Below are positions 1 to 10,270 of a stretch of 64,000 bases of DNA, in pieces. The first letter of the stretch is position 1. Each line of letters starts with the position of its first letter. The notes under the pieces were generated by a model. That model had not been told where the DNA came from. It worked only from the letters and a program-made list of their open reading frames with translations, and searched no databases. Made by a program: the position numbers and the translations under genes. The stretch lies in contig OZ242180.1 in assembly GCA_965205485.1 (NCBI GenBank), positions 3,424,001 to 3,488,000 on the forward strand. Reading direction: 5' to 3'. Origin of the DNA: Candidatus Latescibacterota bacterium (GTDB taxonomy: Bacteria > Latescibacterota > UBA2968 > GCA-2709665).

Positions 1-72
1 AGATGCTGAGAATTGCCACGAAGAGACTCTTCCTCGTTGTCGTTGCATGCAAAGCGTGAATCGGAGACCAGT

Positions 73-1167
73 ATGAAATCTACCAGACATCTATGGCCCA
101 TGTTGGCGGTTTTGTTTGTGGCATCGGACGCCAAGGCCAATGGCTTCGCCATGGGTCATCGTCACGTTCCAATAGTCGTAGACGTTGACGCAACCCTTTA
201 CACCGGTGAAACCGTGCGCTTGCGAGCTGGACAACCCATCTACCTTGACGACAGATCCCGGACCTATTATCGCGAAATTCCTGTCGAGTTACCGTCAGGC
301 GCACTGCCGGCATCACTCGATGGATACCGTCTTTATAGACAAAAGTCCTTGAAACGGAGCGCCGCTCTTCTTTCGTTGGAGGCCTCAGAGGAGACAAATC
401 CGATTGCGAGGACATGGCTATATCTCCTGGCCGGGCACTCATACGTAATAGCTGGCGGTTCTGCCGACAAGAGAGCAAATGAGGCGTACCATAAGGGATC
501 TGAACCGCCGCTAAACGTTTACAGTCCATACGGTCTATTCTTCAACGCAAAGCTTCTCGCAGTCAATCGGGACTATCGAGGGGCCAAGCGGATTCTGCAG
601 CGAATCCTGGAGAGATTTGGCGAGGGCGCAATTGATGCAGTTAGATCGACGCAACGTGTCAAACTATTTACAACCTATACTCATGGATCTGCCATAACCG
701 AGGGATATTTTAGCGGATTTCGCGGTCTTGACTGGTCTATCCAGGTCTTGGATAGGCTACTTGATGCACAGCAGAAATACCAAACGGTCGATCAAGGGAT
801 TGAGGCTGCGGATAGGCCGCAGGTCTGCTTTGATTACGCGACGGCTGTTGAAGATTTGTGGAAGTACTTCCCTCCGAAAGAATTCTTTGGATTTAAAAAG
901 CCCGATGAACCAGAGGAGGTGCTTCGACGTATTGTCACAGAATATCCTGCGTCGGACGTGGCACCGTTGGCCTACTTCCGGCTCCTGACTTACTACGAGG
1001 CCCCTTATGAATTCAACGGGGACGACGTTGCCAGATACCGATTCGAATTTCGCCAGATGACGAAGTTTTTGTCGAAGTATCCGGACAGCAAGCTAAGCGA
1101 TGACGCTCGGCAGAGACTGGCCGAGGCGGAGAAGTTCCTGAAGGACAGCGGAAATCCGCCAAGGTAG
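73..1167 (+). CDS. Secreted protein with C-terminal TPR/BamD-like helical repeats
   Basis: GGAGA RBS before ATG 73; signal-peptide-like N-terminus; EYPASDVAPLA and KYPDSKLSDDA motifs typical of BamD/TPR repeats. Confidence 0.6.
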   Translation: MKSTRHLWPMLAVLFVASDAKANGFAMGHRHVPIVVDVDATLYTGETVRLRAGQPIYLDDRSRTYYREIPVELPSGALPASLDGYRLYRQKSLKRSAALLSLEASEETNPIARTWLYLLAGHSYVIAGGSADKRANEAYHKGSEPPLNVYSPYGLFFNAKLLAVNRDYRGAKRILQRILERFGEGAIDAVRSTQRVKLFTTYTHGSAITEGYFSGFRGLDWSIQVLDRLLDAQQKYQTVDQGIEAADRPQVCFDYATAVEDLWKYFPPKEFFGFKKPDEPEEVLRRIVTEYPASDVAPLAYFRLLTYYEAPYEFNGDDVARYRFEFRQMTKFLSKYPDSKLSDDARQRLAEAEKFLKDSGNPPR

Positions 1168-1419
1168 TCGAAACGAGTCGCCCGGGCGGCAAATCCAGCT
1201 AACACGCCGGGCTTCGGCTCCCGCGAAATGGCGCCTCCAAACGTGGCCGGCCTATCACAGTAACGGCGCCAGCGCCACAATTGCCCTCCTGGGCTTCGTC
1301 TTGATAAGGGCGCAAGCGTTTAGCGCGGCAGGCTGCGGTTCCGGCTCATTCGGCAGTCTCACGAGAGGCGGGAACGGTAGAGGCCCTGCGAAGTGGACCG
1401 AGCCGGGGGACGGGTTTAA

Positions 1420-1998
1420 ATGAGATTCTCAGTCGTCAGCAGCAGTCTCGATGCCCGCAGTCGCAGCAGGGTGCTTGCCTCCATGTGTCGTACCGCCCTG
1501 GAGGACAAGGGGCATGCTGTCGACTTCATCAATCTTCGACAACTCGATCCACCGAATTTCGACGATGACGAGATCTATTCGTCCGAGGTTTACCAATCGT
1601 GCCACAGGATCATTGCGGCAGCCGACGCAATCATATTGGCCAGTCCGGTATACAACTGGGCGTGCTGCGCGGAGCTCAAGAAATTCGTCGAATATATGGG
1701 TTCTACGCCGCCAGGCGGATCGCTCAGAGGCGCTTTCTATGACAAGGTCGTGATGTTTGTCAATTCGGCCAGCTATCCGCACAGCTATATGGCGTTCGCT
1801 TCTCTCGCAACCTCCCTGATGCTTGATTTCAAGTGCATTGTCAGCCCCTACAATGTCTATGCGCACGGCGACAATTGGGGTGAGGGAGGCGAACTCGACG
1901 ACGCGACGACGTCCAGATTGGACAAGTCACTATCTGTACTGATTGAGCTTGCGGAGCGACTCAAGAGCCGATCATACGTGTCGAACTGGGAAATCTGA
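1420..1998 (+). CDS. NAD(P)H-dependent FMN reductase (flavodoxin-like fold)
   Basis: SSSLDARSRS N-terminal loop; ADAIILASPVYNW...ELKKFVE motif. Confidence 0.85.
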   Translation: MRFSVVSSSLDARSRSRVLASMCRTALEDKGHAVDFINLRQLDPPNFDDDEIYSSEVYQSCHRIIAAADAIILASPVYNWACCAELKKFVEYMGSTPPGGSLRGAFYDKVVMFVNSASYPHSYMAFASLATSLMLDFKCIVSPYNVYAHGDNWGEGGELDDATTSRLDKSLSVLIELAERLKSRSYVSNWEI

Positions 1999-2025
1999 CT
2001 CCAACTACAAACGGAAGGATCATCA

Positions 2026-3084
2026 ATGCCTCGCCATGACATTCATTGTCGTTTCTTTTCACAGGAAGACCTCCTTGCCGCAGGATGCCTGGACATCCGG
2101 ATGGCGATGGACGCTGCCGAATCGGCTATTCGTGCATTTGACAAAGGAGACGTTCTCTTTCCTGACAAGATCGTGCAGATCTTCAACGATGAAACCCAGG
2201 AGAGAATCAACTGCCTGCCGGCGACGTTCAAGGATAAGGAAATTTGCGGCATGAAGTGGGTGTCGGTCTTTCCACCGAATCCGGTTAAACATGGGATTCA
2301 GAATCTCTCGGCAGTGATCATCCTGTCCGAGATCGTCCATGGATTCCCGATCGCGTTCATGGAAGGCACGCTGTGTTCCAACATTCGAGTTGGGAGCATC
2401 GGCGCACTGGCCGCCAGATACCTGGCCCGTCAGGACGCAACATCGATCGGATTTATCGGCGCCGGTGAACAGGCAAAGATGCATTTGATCGCGATGAAGA
2501 CTGCCATACCGTCACTGAAGACGTGTCGTGTGGCCGCGAAGCTGGGTGCCGAGGAAGAACAGTTTACCAAGGAAATGTCTGCAATCGTTCCCGATATGGA
2601 TTTTTCGATCGCGAATTCAGACCTCGAACGTGCCATTGACGGAGCGGACATCATTGTCACGGCAACCAGTGCACAGGCGCCGCTGCTTAAGGCGGACTGG
2701 ATGAAACCCGGTGCTTTCTACAGTCACATTGGTGGCTGGGAAGATGAATACAACGTGGCGAAACTTTGCGATAAGATTGTATGCGATGACTGGGAGACCG
2801 TGAAACATAGAACACAGACGCTCAGTCGTATGTACAAGGAAGGCTTGCTGGCGGATGACGACTTGTACGCGAATCTCGTGGAATTGGTCCGTGGTACGAA
2901 GCCGGGGAGGGAGAACGACGACGAAAGAATCTATTTTAACGCGGTGGGTCTGGCCTACGTTGACGTCGGGATCGCCATTGCCATGTATGAGAGAGCCCTC
3001 GAAGCCGGCCTGGGACAGGATCTGCAAATTCAGCGCGAGATGATATTCGAGCATGCAGACCTCAAAGACTGGGTACGACTATGA
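2026..3084 (+). CDS. Ornithine cyclodeaminase/mu-crystallin family protein
   Basis: GMKWVSVFPPN, IGFIGAGEQA Rossmann motif, ADIIVTAT, GREND..FNAVGLAYVDV; AAGGA RBS. Confidence 0.9.
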   Translation: MPRHDIHCRFFSQEDLLAAGCLDIRMAMDAAESAIRAFDKGDVLFPDKIVQIFNDETQERINCLPATFKDKEICGMKWVSVFPPNPVKHGIQNLSAVIILSEIVHGFPIAFMEGTLCSNIRVGSIGALAARYLARQDATSIGFIGAGEQAKMHLIAMKTAIPSLKTCRVAAKLGAEEEQFTKEMSAIVPDMDFSIANSDLERAIDGADIIVTATSAQAPLLKADWMKPGAFYSHIGGWEDEYNVAKLCDKIVCDDWETVKHRTQTLSRMYKEGLLADDDLYANLVELVRGTKPGRENDDERIYFNAVGLAYVDVGIAIAMYERALEAGLGQDLQIQREMIFEHADLKDWVRL

Positions 3085-3622
3085 CCAATGCCTCCACGTG
3101 CGAAGGCCAGGAGAGATCATCATATAACAATCGCATGCGCAGGAACCGCGGATTCTGCAGCGACTGATTAATCTCAACTCTACAAAGACAACCGTCAATT
3201 TACCACAAAAAGCACAAAAGGCACAGAAAGTGACGGTGCAAAAACGGGGTCTTGAGGTCGTTGAGAGGGATGAAATCTCCCTTCACGTCCAGTGACCTCA
3301 AGTATGCGGGACATTTGACGTCAATTCGCCTTTGTTCTTCTGTATATATTCGACATTCAGGTCCCCGAATAATAGTGAATCAAGGCTAAGACGGCATCAC
3401 GGGGCCCCTGATGCTGGTCAATGGAGTCGACCGATACCGAATGAGATCCCCGCTGGAAAGTTTGTCCGGTGGGGATTCTGCACGGTGTCCGCTACCCGGC
3501 GCTTGCGTTCACCCCACAGGCATGGGCCGCAAGCGGCGAAGGATTCAGTTGAAATGGCGATAACCGGTCCGGGCAGTGATTGTCTCTCCCAAACAGGGCA
3601 GAATAGATCGGAGGTGTTCCTG

Positions 3623-4288
3623 GTGGATCTGAAATCGCAATCGTACCGCAGGCAGATGATCGAATACTATGACGGCGCCAAATATTCTTACGACTGGGAC
3701 GGCGTGCGGCAATCCTACATTGACGATGAAGCCAACTTGAGCGTCGAACAGAGACGCACAATTGAACAGATCCAGCGGGTGTTTTCCGGTCGTAAGGTGC
3801 TGGAACTCGCAGCTGGAGGGGGGCGATGGACGAAACACATCGCGCAAACAGCTGAATCGGTTTTAGCAACGGACACGTCTGAACAGGTGCTGGCAATCGG
3901 ACGTAGTTTGGTGAAGGCGGCGAATGTGAGGTTCGTCCAATCTGACGCATTCGATTTAGGCCAGCTAGACGAGCGTTTCGATGCTGCATTTCACTTCAAC
4001 TTCATCAATCATCTGTCGTACTCTGATTGGCCCCGTCTGGTGGAGAGCCTTCACAGAAAACTTACTCGCGGAGCTGTGGTTGTCATGGGGGGCCAACGAT
4101 ACCGGGCTCCTGAGAGCGACGACGGGATTGACTACTACTCAGACCGCGAGTGTTCCAATGGCAAACGCTATCGGCTCATCGACAATCTGCCGGATGAGGA
4201 CCAGGTGAAATTCGTGATCGGACATCTGGTTGAAGATATGGAGTTTACGATGGACAATCGCTGGTGGACAAAGTACACTGTTCCCTGA
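3623..4288 (+). CDS. Class I SAM-dependent methyltransferase
   Basis: VLELAAGGGRWT motif I; GGAGGT RBS before GTG 3623. Confidence 0.85.
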   Translation: MDLKSQSYRRQMIEYYDGAKYSYDWDGVRQSYIDDEANLSVEQRRTIEQIQRVFSGRKVLELAAGGGRWTKHIAQTAESVLATDTSEQVLAIGRSLVKAANVRFVQSDAFDLGQLDERFDAAFHFNFINHLSYSDWPRLVESLHRKLTRGAVVVMGGQRYRAPESDDGIDYYSDRECSNGKRYRLIDNLPDEDQVKFVIGHLVEDMEFTMDNRWWTKYTVP

Positions 4289-4369
4289 AATCCGGACGGG
4301 AGCAGGGTACACAGCTTTAACAGACACATCCGCCCACAGATTCAGATCTGATTCTGTCCCATTCGTCTT

Positions 4370-4394
4370 GTAGGGGCGCCCCTTGTGGGCGCCC
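4370..4394 (+). repeat. REP family 1 (GTAG-type) GTAGGGGCGCCCCTTGTGGGCGCCC
   Basis: GTAG plus imperfect palindrome; other copies at 25004 (+), 51134 (-), 54921 (-); partial or degenerate copies at 4963 and 49752. Confidence 0.85.
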
Positions 4395-4426
4395 GGCCTC
4401 CGGCTAACCGGCGGCAGGGGAATTCG

Positions 4427-4918
4427 ATGTTCTCAGATGCTTCAACTGTAGTGATCGCTTTGTTCCTCCTTGCTCCCATTCTCGTTGGTATTCTCTTCAG
4501 AGTCTTCAGTCCCCGAATGCGGTCAGTTATCGATGCACGAATGCTTACGGCAGATGAGCAAGTTGCGTTCCTCGAAGCGGCGGTGATGACGCTCTATATC
4601 GATGGTTACCTGGAAAAGTCCGAGGAAATCGCGTTACGGTCATTTCTCAAGACCAAAAAGTGGCGAATTGACGTCGAAAAAGAAATCGCCCGTATCCGCC
4701 CCAGAGCGTTGCGCGCTTTGCGGAATCCTATGGATTTGAATGCATATATGATTGGCATCAAAGAGAAGATATCCAGCGAAGAGGCGGCGGGTTCGATTTT
4801 ACTGGCCTGTACAGATTTGAGTGACCATGGCGGACCTTCGGGATGGATTGGTGAATCCGGATTTTTGATAAGTCTTGAACGCTTGTTGCGTGCTGACCAT
4901 GAACAGGGCCCAAATTGA
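4427..4918 (+). CDS. Membrane-anchored TerB-like helical protein
   Basis: N-terminal TM helix; IDGYLEKSEEIAL resembles the TerB ADG...E motif. Confidence 0.5.
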   Translation: MFSDASTVVIALFLLAPILVGILFRVFSPRMRSVIDARMLTADEQVAFLEAAVMTLYIDGYLEKSEEIALRSFLKTKKWRIDVEKEIARIRPRALRALRNPMDLNAYMIGIKEKISSEEAAGSILLACTDLSDHGGPSGWIGESGFLISLERLLRADHEQGPN

Positions 4919-5039
4919 TGAAGAGTGAATTTCGTCAAAGAATTCAAGGCATCGAAGGCGTCGGCGCCCGGCCTCCGGCTGCTCCGAGCAAGGCGCGGGA
5001 ATGCCCACTGCATGCAAAAGGCGGGAAGCAGGTGACATC

Positions 5040-8000
5040 ATGAACCGACGCGATGCTGTGTGGATTTTTTCTTTCCTGATCCTGGGCACACTCGGTCTCG
5101 CATGTTACGTTCATTTCTTTGACCGGGCCGTTCCCGTTGCCTCGCTTAACTTTCGTGTCAACCGCGAACAGGCTTTTCAGTCTGCCGAAGCATATCTCCA
5201 TGACCTCGGCTACGACCTCGCCGAATACGAGAGCGCTCAAGTCTTCTCCTATGCTCCCCTTCCCCAGATCTTCCTTGAACGGACCCTGGGCCTGGCAGAG
5301 GCCAACCGCCTCGTTCGGGATTGGGTCTCGGTATGGTTTTGGCGCATCCGCTATTTCAAACCGCTTCAGAAGGAAGAACTCCGTGTTCGCATCGATCCCG
5401 ACGGACGCGTCGTCGGGTTCACCCACAGCATCCTCGAGTCCGTGGAAGGCGCCAGCCTCCCGGAAGAGGATGCCCGGCACATCGCCGAGGCCTTCCTCAT
5501 CGACGTTCAGGGTCTTTCGCTCGACGATTTCGAACCCATCGAGGCCTCCAGCATCGACCGTCCCAAGCGGAGGGATCACACATTTACCTACCGCAAGAGG
5601 GATTTCGTCGTTGGCGATGATGGACACTACCGCCTGTACGTCGGTGTCCAGGGGGACAGGGTGGGTAGCTTCTACGAATACGTCAAGGTCCCGGAGACCT
5701 TTTCGCGCGACTACCGGGAGACCCGCTCCCGCGCCGGTCTACTCGCAAAAGTTGCCCGGGGATTTGCCCTCGCCCTGGGTCTTGCCATGGTCGTCGTCCT
5801 GGTGCGCAAGTACCGCCAGCGCACGCTCACCTGGCGTGTCGCTGTATCCATCGGTATCCTCGTGGGAGCAGCCTCCTTGCTCGGATCCATCAATGGCTAT
5901 CCGCTCAGTCTGTTCGGATTCGACACCATGGAGTCCTATGACTCCTTTATTCTCAACTTCATCTTCAACGGTCTCTCCAACGCCGCGGCAATGGCGTTCG
6001 TCGTTGCCGTGTGCGGCACGGCAGGCGGCGCCGCGGCGCAGGACATAAAGGGCTGGCGCAACCCCCTCGAGCGGATTTCTCTACGGCGCTGGCGGTCGGC
6101 GGGCTTTGCGCGCGTCACCCTTGTCGGTTATGGTCTGGCATTCGCGCACCTGGGTTACGTGACCCTCTTCTACATTCTGGGCCACGACTACCTCGGTGTC
6201 TGGTCGCCTGCCGCCATGACCCAATACAGCAATGCCTATAGCACGTACCTGCCCTGGATATATCCGCTCCTGACGGGTCTGGTGGCGGCCACGTTCGAGG
6301 AGTTCCTCTTCCGGCTTGTGGCAATCTCCCTCCTCCTTCGCTGGTTCAAGAGAAGCTGGCTGGCCGTTCTTGTTCCTGCTGTGGTTTGGGCCTTCCTCCA
6401 CGCTGACTATCCGCAGGAACCAATCTACATCCGAGGCCTGGAACTGACGATAGTTGGAGTCGTCCTCGGCATGGTCTTCCTGCGCTTTGGTGTCTGGGCG
6501 ACCATCATTTCCCACTACGTGTACAACTGCTTTCTTGGCGTCTATCCGATGCTTCAGTCCGACAGCCTCTATTTCAAGGTCTCGGGCATTCTCGCAGTCG
6601 CCATCATCTCCATCCCAGCCGTCCCCGCTATTTGGAGCGCCGTCCGCGGCCGCTTCGAGGACGAGCCCCGTGAACCCGTCCCAAAGGCGCCAGTGGCCGC
6701 ACCTCCGCCGTCTGCCCTTCCCGCGCAGCCGCCAGAGCCTCCGATCGAACGCAAGAGACCCTCTGACTACCTCGTCTCAGGCAGGGGCCTCCTCGTCTTT
6801 GGCATCCTCGGACTTTCGGGCTGGTGCGCATACTTCGCTTTCGAAACGCGGGATTTCGCCGAATACGCACGCGAAGAGGTCCCCACGCGAGCGCAGGCCA
6901 ATGAGTTAGCCGAAGGATATCGGGAGCAACTCGGAATCGAACTCGAAGGTTATCGCCGCACCACCAGATTCTCAAGCAGTCTCGGTTCCAAACACTTTAA
7001 ACACCTGCTGCGAAACGTCGACGTCGGGAGGGCGGATACGCTTGCGGCGGAGCACACGGCCTCCTGGCGCTGGATCGTACGATGGTTCAAGCCTCTTGAA
7101 AAGGAGGAACTCACCATCAGCATTGATGGCAACGGCGGCCTTTCATACGTCTCGCATGCAGTACCGGAAGGCCAGGAGGGTGCGGAACTCGCCATCGAAG
7201 ACGCACAGGAAGTGGCGGAAGCCTTCCTGCGCCAACATCTGAATCGGGATGTAACCGATACGACGCGCTACAAGCGTCTCGAAGCACGCTCCATCAAGCG
7301 CGAAAACCGGATGGATCACCGCTTTGTGTGGGAACGCACGGACATTAAGGTGGAAGAGGGCGAGTTTCGCATCGTCGCCTCTGTACAGGGCGACCGGATC
7401 GGCCTTGCGTATAAGGCCTACAAGGCGCCTGAAGAATTCATGCGCAAACAGAGAGAGAAGACTGCAAAGAGCACCATTGTATCTACTATCCGCACTATCG
7501 CCCTAATCGTAACCTTCGTTCTGGCCCTGATTTACCTGCTGCGCGCCTATCGGAACGGGCTGATCGAGTGGCGATTGCCCGTCTGTTTCGGCATCCTCTT
7601 TGGCGTATGCTCCATACTCGAGGGCCTCAACGAACTGCCCACATTCTACCGGGGCTTTGACACGAGTCAAGCTATGGGTACCTTCCTCATTGGCAAGCTT
7701 GTCGATGTTGTTCCGGGCTTCGTTTTCGCGACCATCTTCGCCCTGTTGATCTGCGCCCTCGGAGATACGCTGTTTCGCATCGAGCGTCCCGGAGAAATGC
7801 GCATCTCCGAATGGATCGACGTGTTCCGCCTGAAGGCGGGCGGCGCGGCGTTGTGGTGGCAGGTCGTCTTTCTGGTCGCGTGCTATTCCGGTATCACGGA
7901 GGGCGCCGGCGCTCTTGCCTCTTACGTGCGTCTCAACATTCTTTCGTACCACCCGGCCGCAAGAGGCGGCGTGCCCGCAAACGTCAATACCTACCTGCCC

Positions 8001-8450
8001 GCGTTCGGTGAGTTTGTCGACGAATTCAGCGGTATGCTCATCGGCCCCATTGGGGTCCTTGGTCTTCTTTTCGTCTGGTGGCGGGTCCTGGGCAGGACAA
8101 GCCTGATGGTTCTCGGCGTCTTCGTCGTTCTCATCTTCCAGTCCGTGGTCTCGCCGGCCAATGACCTCGACCACGCGGGCGAACTGTTCGCGACGAAGAG
8201 TCCAATCTGGCTGATCTCGGCTTACCTCATTGTGACGTATATCCGCTTCAACCTGCTCTTCTACGTCGTCAATGGCTGGAGTTCCATTCTGTTCGCGGGT
8301 TTCTGGTACCTTGAATTCGATGCCGACATATGGAAGCTCAACGGCATCCTGATGATCCTCCTGGGCCTCGCTCCCGTCGCATACGCGGTCATCGCAACGC
8401 GCCGCAACGCCGACAAAATTCCATCACATCGTCGAAGGACGGCGACATGA
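5040..8450 (+). CDS. Large polytopic membrane protein with CPBP (Abi/CAAX) intramembrane protease domain and duplicated extracytoplasmic domain
   Basis: EEFLFR, WAFLH and IISHYVYN CPBP motifs; internal repeat WRIRYFKPLQKEEL / WIVRWFKPLEKEEL. Confidence 0.85.
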   Translation: MNRRDAVWIFSFLILGTLGLACYVHFFDRAVPVASLNFRVNREQAFQSAEAYLHDLGYDLAEYESAQVFSYAPLPQIFLERTLGLAEANRLVRDWVSVWFWRIRYFKPLQKEELRVRIDPDGRVVGFTHSILESVEGASLPEEDARHIAEAFLIDVQGLSLDDFEPIEASSIDRPKRRDHTFTYRKRDFVVGDDGHYRLYVGVQGDRVGSFYEYVKVPETFSRDYRETRSRAGLLAKVARGFALALGLAMVVVLVRKYRQRTLTWRVAVSIGILVGAASLLGSINGYPLSLFGFDTMESYDSFILNFIFNGLSNAAAMAFVVAVCGTAGGAAAQDIKGWRNPLERISLRRWRSAGFARVTLVGYGLAFAHLGYVTLFYILGHDYLGVWSPAAMTQYSNAYSTYLPWIYPLLTGLVAATFEEFLFRLVAISLLLRWFKRSWLAVLVPAVVWAFLHADYPQEPIYIRGLELTIVGVVLGMVFLRFGVWATIISHYVYNCFLGVYPMLQSDSLYFKVSGILAVAIISIPAVPAIWSAVRGRFEDEPREPVPKAPVAAPPPSALPAQPPEPPIERKRPSDYLVSGRGLLVFGILGLSGWCAYFAFETRDFAEYAREEVPTRAQANELAEGYREQLGIELEGYRRTTRFSSSLGSKHFKHLLRNVDVGRADTLAAEHTASWRWIVRWFKPLEKEELTISIDGNGGLSYVSHAVPEGQEGAELAIEDAQEVAEAFLRQHLNRDVTDTTRYKRLEARSIKRENRMDHRFVWERTDIKVEEGEFRIVASVQGDRIGLAYKAYKAPEEFMRKQREKTAKSTIVSTIRTIALIVTFVLALIYLLRAYRNGLIEWRLPVCFGILFGVCSILEGLNELPTFYRGFDTSQAMGTFLIGKLVDVVPGFVFATIFALLICALGDTLFRIERPGEMRISEWIDVFRLKAGGAALWWQVVFLVACYSGITEGAGALASYVRLNILSYHPAARGGVPANVNTYLPAFGEFVDEFSGMLIGPIGVLGLLFVWWRVLGRTSLMVLGVFVVLIFQSVVSPANDLDHAGELFATKSPIWLISAYLIVTYIRFNLLFYVVNGWSSILFAGFWYLEFDADIWKLNGILMILLGLAPVAYAVIATRRNADKIPSHRRRTAT

Positions 8451-9088
8451 AATTCCTCTTCGTTTTCTTGCTGACACTTCTCTTCGCGGTATCGACGCGC
8501 GACGCCGATGCCGGCGGCGACGACGACTATGGCCGGAGCCGCCCCGGCGGCCTGATCATCCCCTGGCAAACGCTTCTTCAGGGAAGGGGCCTGGAAGGTT
8601 GGGGCGTGGCCGATTCGTCCAGTAAGTGGTCACGCGACGGTGAGGCCGTTGTCGGGCAACTGGACGGCAAACGCAAGTCCCATATTTTTCAGGGGGATTC
8701 CGGCTGGAAGAACTACGAGTATTCGCTTTTCGTTAAGCTGGAAAAGGGCTCGTGCATGCAGTTCCCCTTTCGCGTGACCGACGACAGAAGAGGCTTCTAC
8801 TTTGTGGAATTCGATTATGCCTGGCAGACGATTAACGTCACGTTGCGTGAGCCGGGCATCCACGGTGTCACCAAGCTCAGTGTCGTCAACTACGCTCTGG
8901 AGAAGGGACGGGAGTACCACCTCATCATCTCGGCGCGACACCGCTCGCTGACCACCTATATCGACGGTAAACTCGTCAACCAGGTGACCGATGGCAGATA
9001 CGACGGGGGAGGCATCGGCATCGCAATGTGGTGGGACACCCGGGCGACCTACCGCGATCCGAAGATACGGCACTACAAATGGCCGTAG
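8447..9088 (+). CDS. Secreted DUF1080 (3-keto-disaccharide hydrolase-like) domain protein
   Basis: Signal peptide; WQTLLQGRGLEGW, WKNYEY, TTYIDGKLV, GGIGI motifs; ATGA overlap with upstream gene. Confidence 0.7.
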   Translation: MKFLFVFLLTLLFAVSTRDADAGGDDDYGRSRPGGLIIPWQTLLQGRGLEGWGVADSSSKWSRDGEAVVGQLDGKRKSHIFQGDSGWKNYEYSLFVKLEKGSCMQFPFRVTDDRRGFYFVEFDYAWQTINVTLREPGIHGVTKLSVVNYALEKGREYHLIISARHRSLTTYIDGKLVNQVTDGRYDGGGIGIAMWWDTRATYRDPKIRHYKWP

Positions 9089-9186
9089 TATATGAGAGAG
9101 ACGGATTGCCGAGATTCGGCTGAACGGAAGCGGGAAAAACAGCTTTCAGCATTCAGCTTGAATCAAAAGCCCTTCTGACAACCGGT

Positions 9187-9423
9187 CCAATCACTCCCCC
9201 CTTGAGGGGGAGTCGCAGAAGCCGAGCCGGTCCCTGAGCCGCTGTCCTGAGCCTGTCGAAGGATTGTCGAAGGGCCCGGCGAATGGTCGAAGGCGCCTGC
9301 GACGGCTGATGCGGTGGGGGGATGTCAACGTCTTAACGAATACAAACAGCATGAATTGACAGGCGCGCATTTTGCGTTTTCGACAACACACTTTCCCTGA
9401 TTACAGACCTGTAGACGTTCAGG
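9187..9423 (+). mobile_element. Composite MITE/REP element A, copy 1 (5'-truncated)
   Basis: ACTCCCCC(C)TTGAGGGGGAGT palindrome + CGCAGAAGCCGAGCCG + nested CCTGAGCCTGTCGAAGG units + GACGGCTGATGCGGTGGGGG; matches copies at 27583, 34211, 63626. Confidence 0.85.
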
Positions 9424-9614
9424 GCCGTGGAGGACCAGAGGGGTCTTCGGGTGTGAAGTTTCGATGGTCAGAATTGGACGCCCACCTGTCCCGATTCGGA
9501 TTTTGCTTACCGTTGTAGATTTCGTTACATTTCCCCCAGGGTTTCGAAACGGACACGAGCGGCCTGCGACCGAGGACAATCTGCCCTCTTTTGCGGCTTG
9601 ATCCACGAACATCC

Positions 9615-9763
9615 GGAGCGAGGGCATCCTGCCCTCGAACTTCCTGTAACCCGCTAAAACCCGAATCAAGGGCTTATTGTTTCCCTTGCATCCGAAATCA
9701 TATTGAAAATGATGGCGCCAGAGCCGCGCGAGTCAGCCGTCGAGGGCAGGATGCCCTCGCTCC
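9615..9763. repeat. REP family 2 inverted doublet (GGAGCGAGGGCATCCTGCCCTCG), REPIN-like
   Basis: Copies at 9615-9637 and inverted at 9741-9763; same doublet reversed at 35351-35499. Confidence 0.85.
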
Positions 9764-9832
9764 CGGGAAGCCGATTTGTACAAGTGCTTCATTGCGAATC
9801 TTCAAGTTTGGTGTACAGCAGGTTTGGATAGT

Positions 9833-10270
9833 ATGAGTCATCCAATTTACCGAGTCGTTTCGTTCGAGATTGTCGGGCCCTATCGGATTCATGTCCGATT
9901 TAACGATCAGACGACTCAGGATATCGATTTTCGACCAGTACTTGAGGGCGAGTTGTTCGGACCTCTGGTGGACGAAGTGCTATTTAATCAGGTGCGCATC
10001 GATTCTGAAGTGCATACACTCGTCTGGCCTCAGCAGCCCGTTGAAAGAGCCCATCCGGGCTACGGCCGGCCCTTGCGGTCGAAATACTACGTTGCGCTCC
10101 CTCGCCGAATCGAGGGATGGGACTCGGTCGCGCGCCTTGTCTTCGACCACAATGGCTCGGCCTCGCCTGCAGAGCGACTTTATCAACGGACTGCTAATGG
10201 CGCTGACTTCGATCCTGCCACGCTTGACCAGGATTCGTATGTTTTCGTGGACGATAAACCGAATATGTGA
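9833..10270 (+). pseudogene. DUF2442 family protein interrupted by an in-frame 165-bp MITE, with its 3' end replaced by a repeat
   Basis: YRIHVRFND..IDF..LEGELFGPL..FNQVRID..TLVWP / NGADFDPATL split by 55 extra codons. Confidence 0.8.
10031..10195. mobile_element. 165-bp MITE with terminal inverted repeats
   Basis: Ends AGCAGCCCGTTGA ... TCAACGGACTGCT; internal hairpin TTGCGGTCGAA/TTCGACCACAA; removal restores WP-NGAD. Confidence 0.8.

Noticed and set aside
1197..1326. Complete attC (GCTAAC ... GTTTAGC)
   Set aside because: The R' box has an extra T and the arms do not pair convincingly; at most a remnant.
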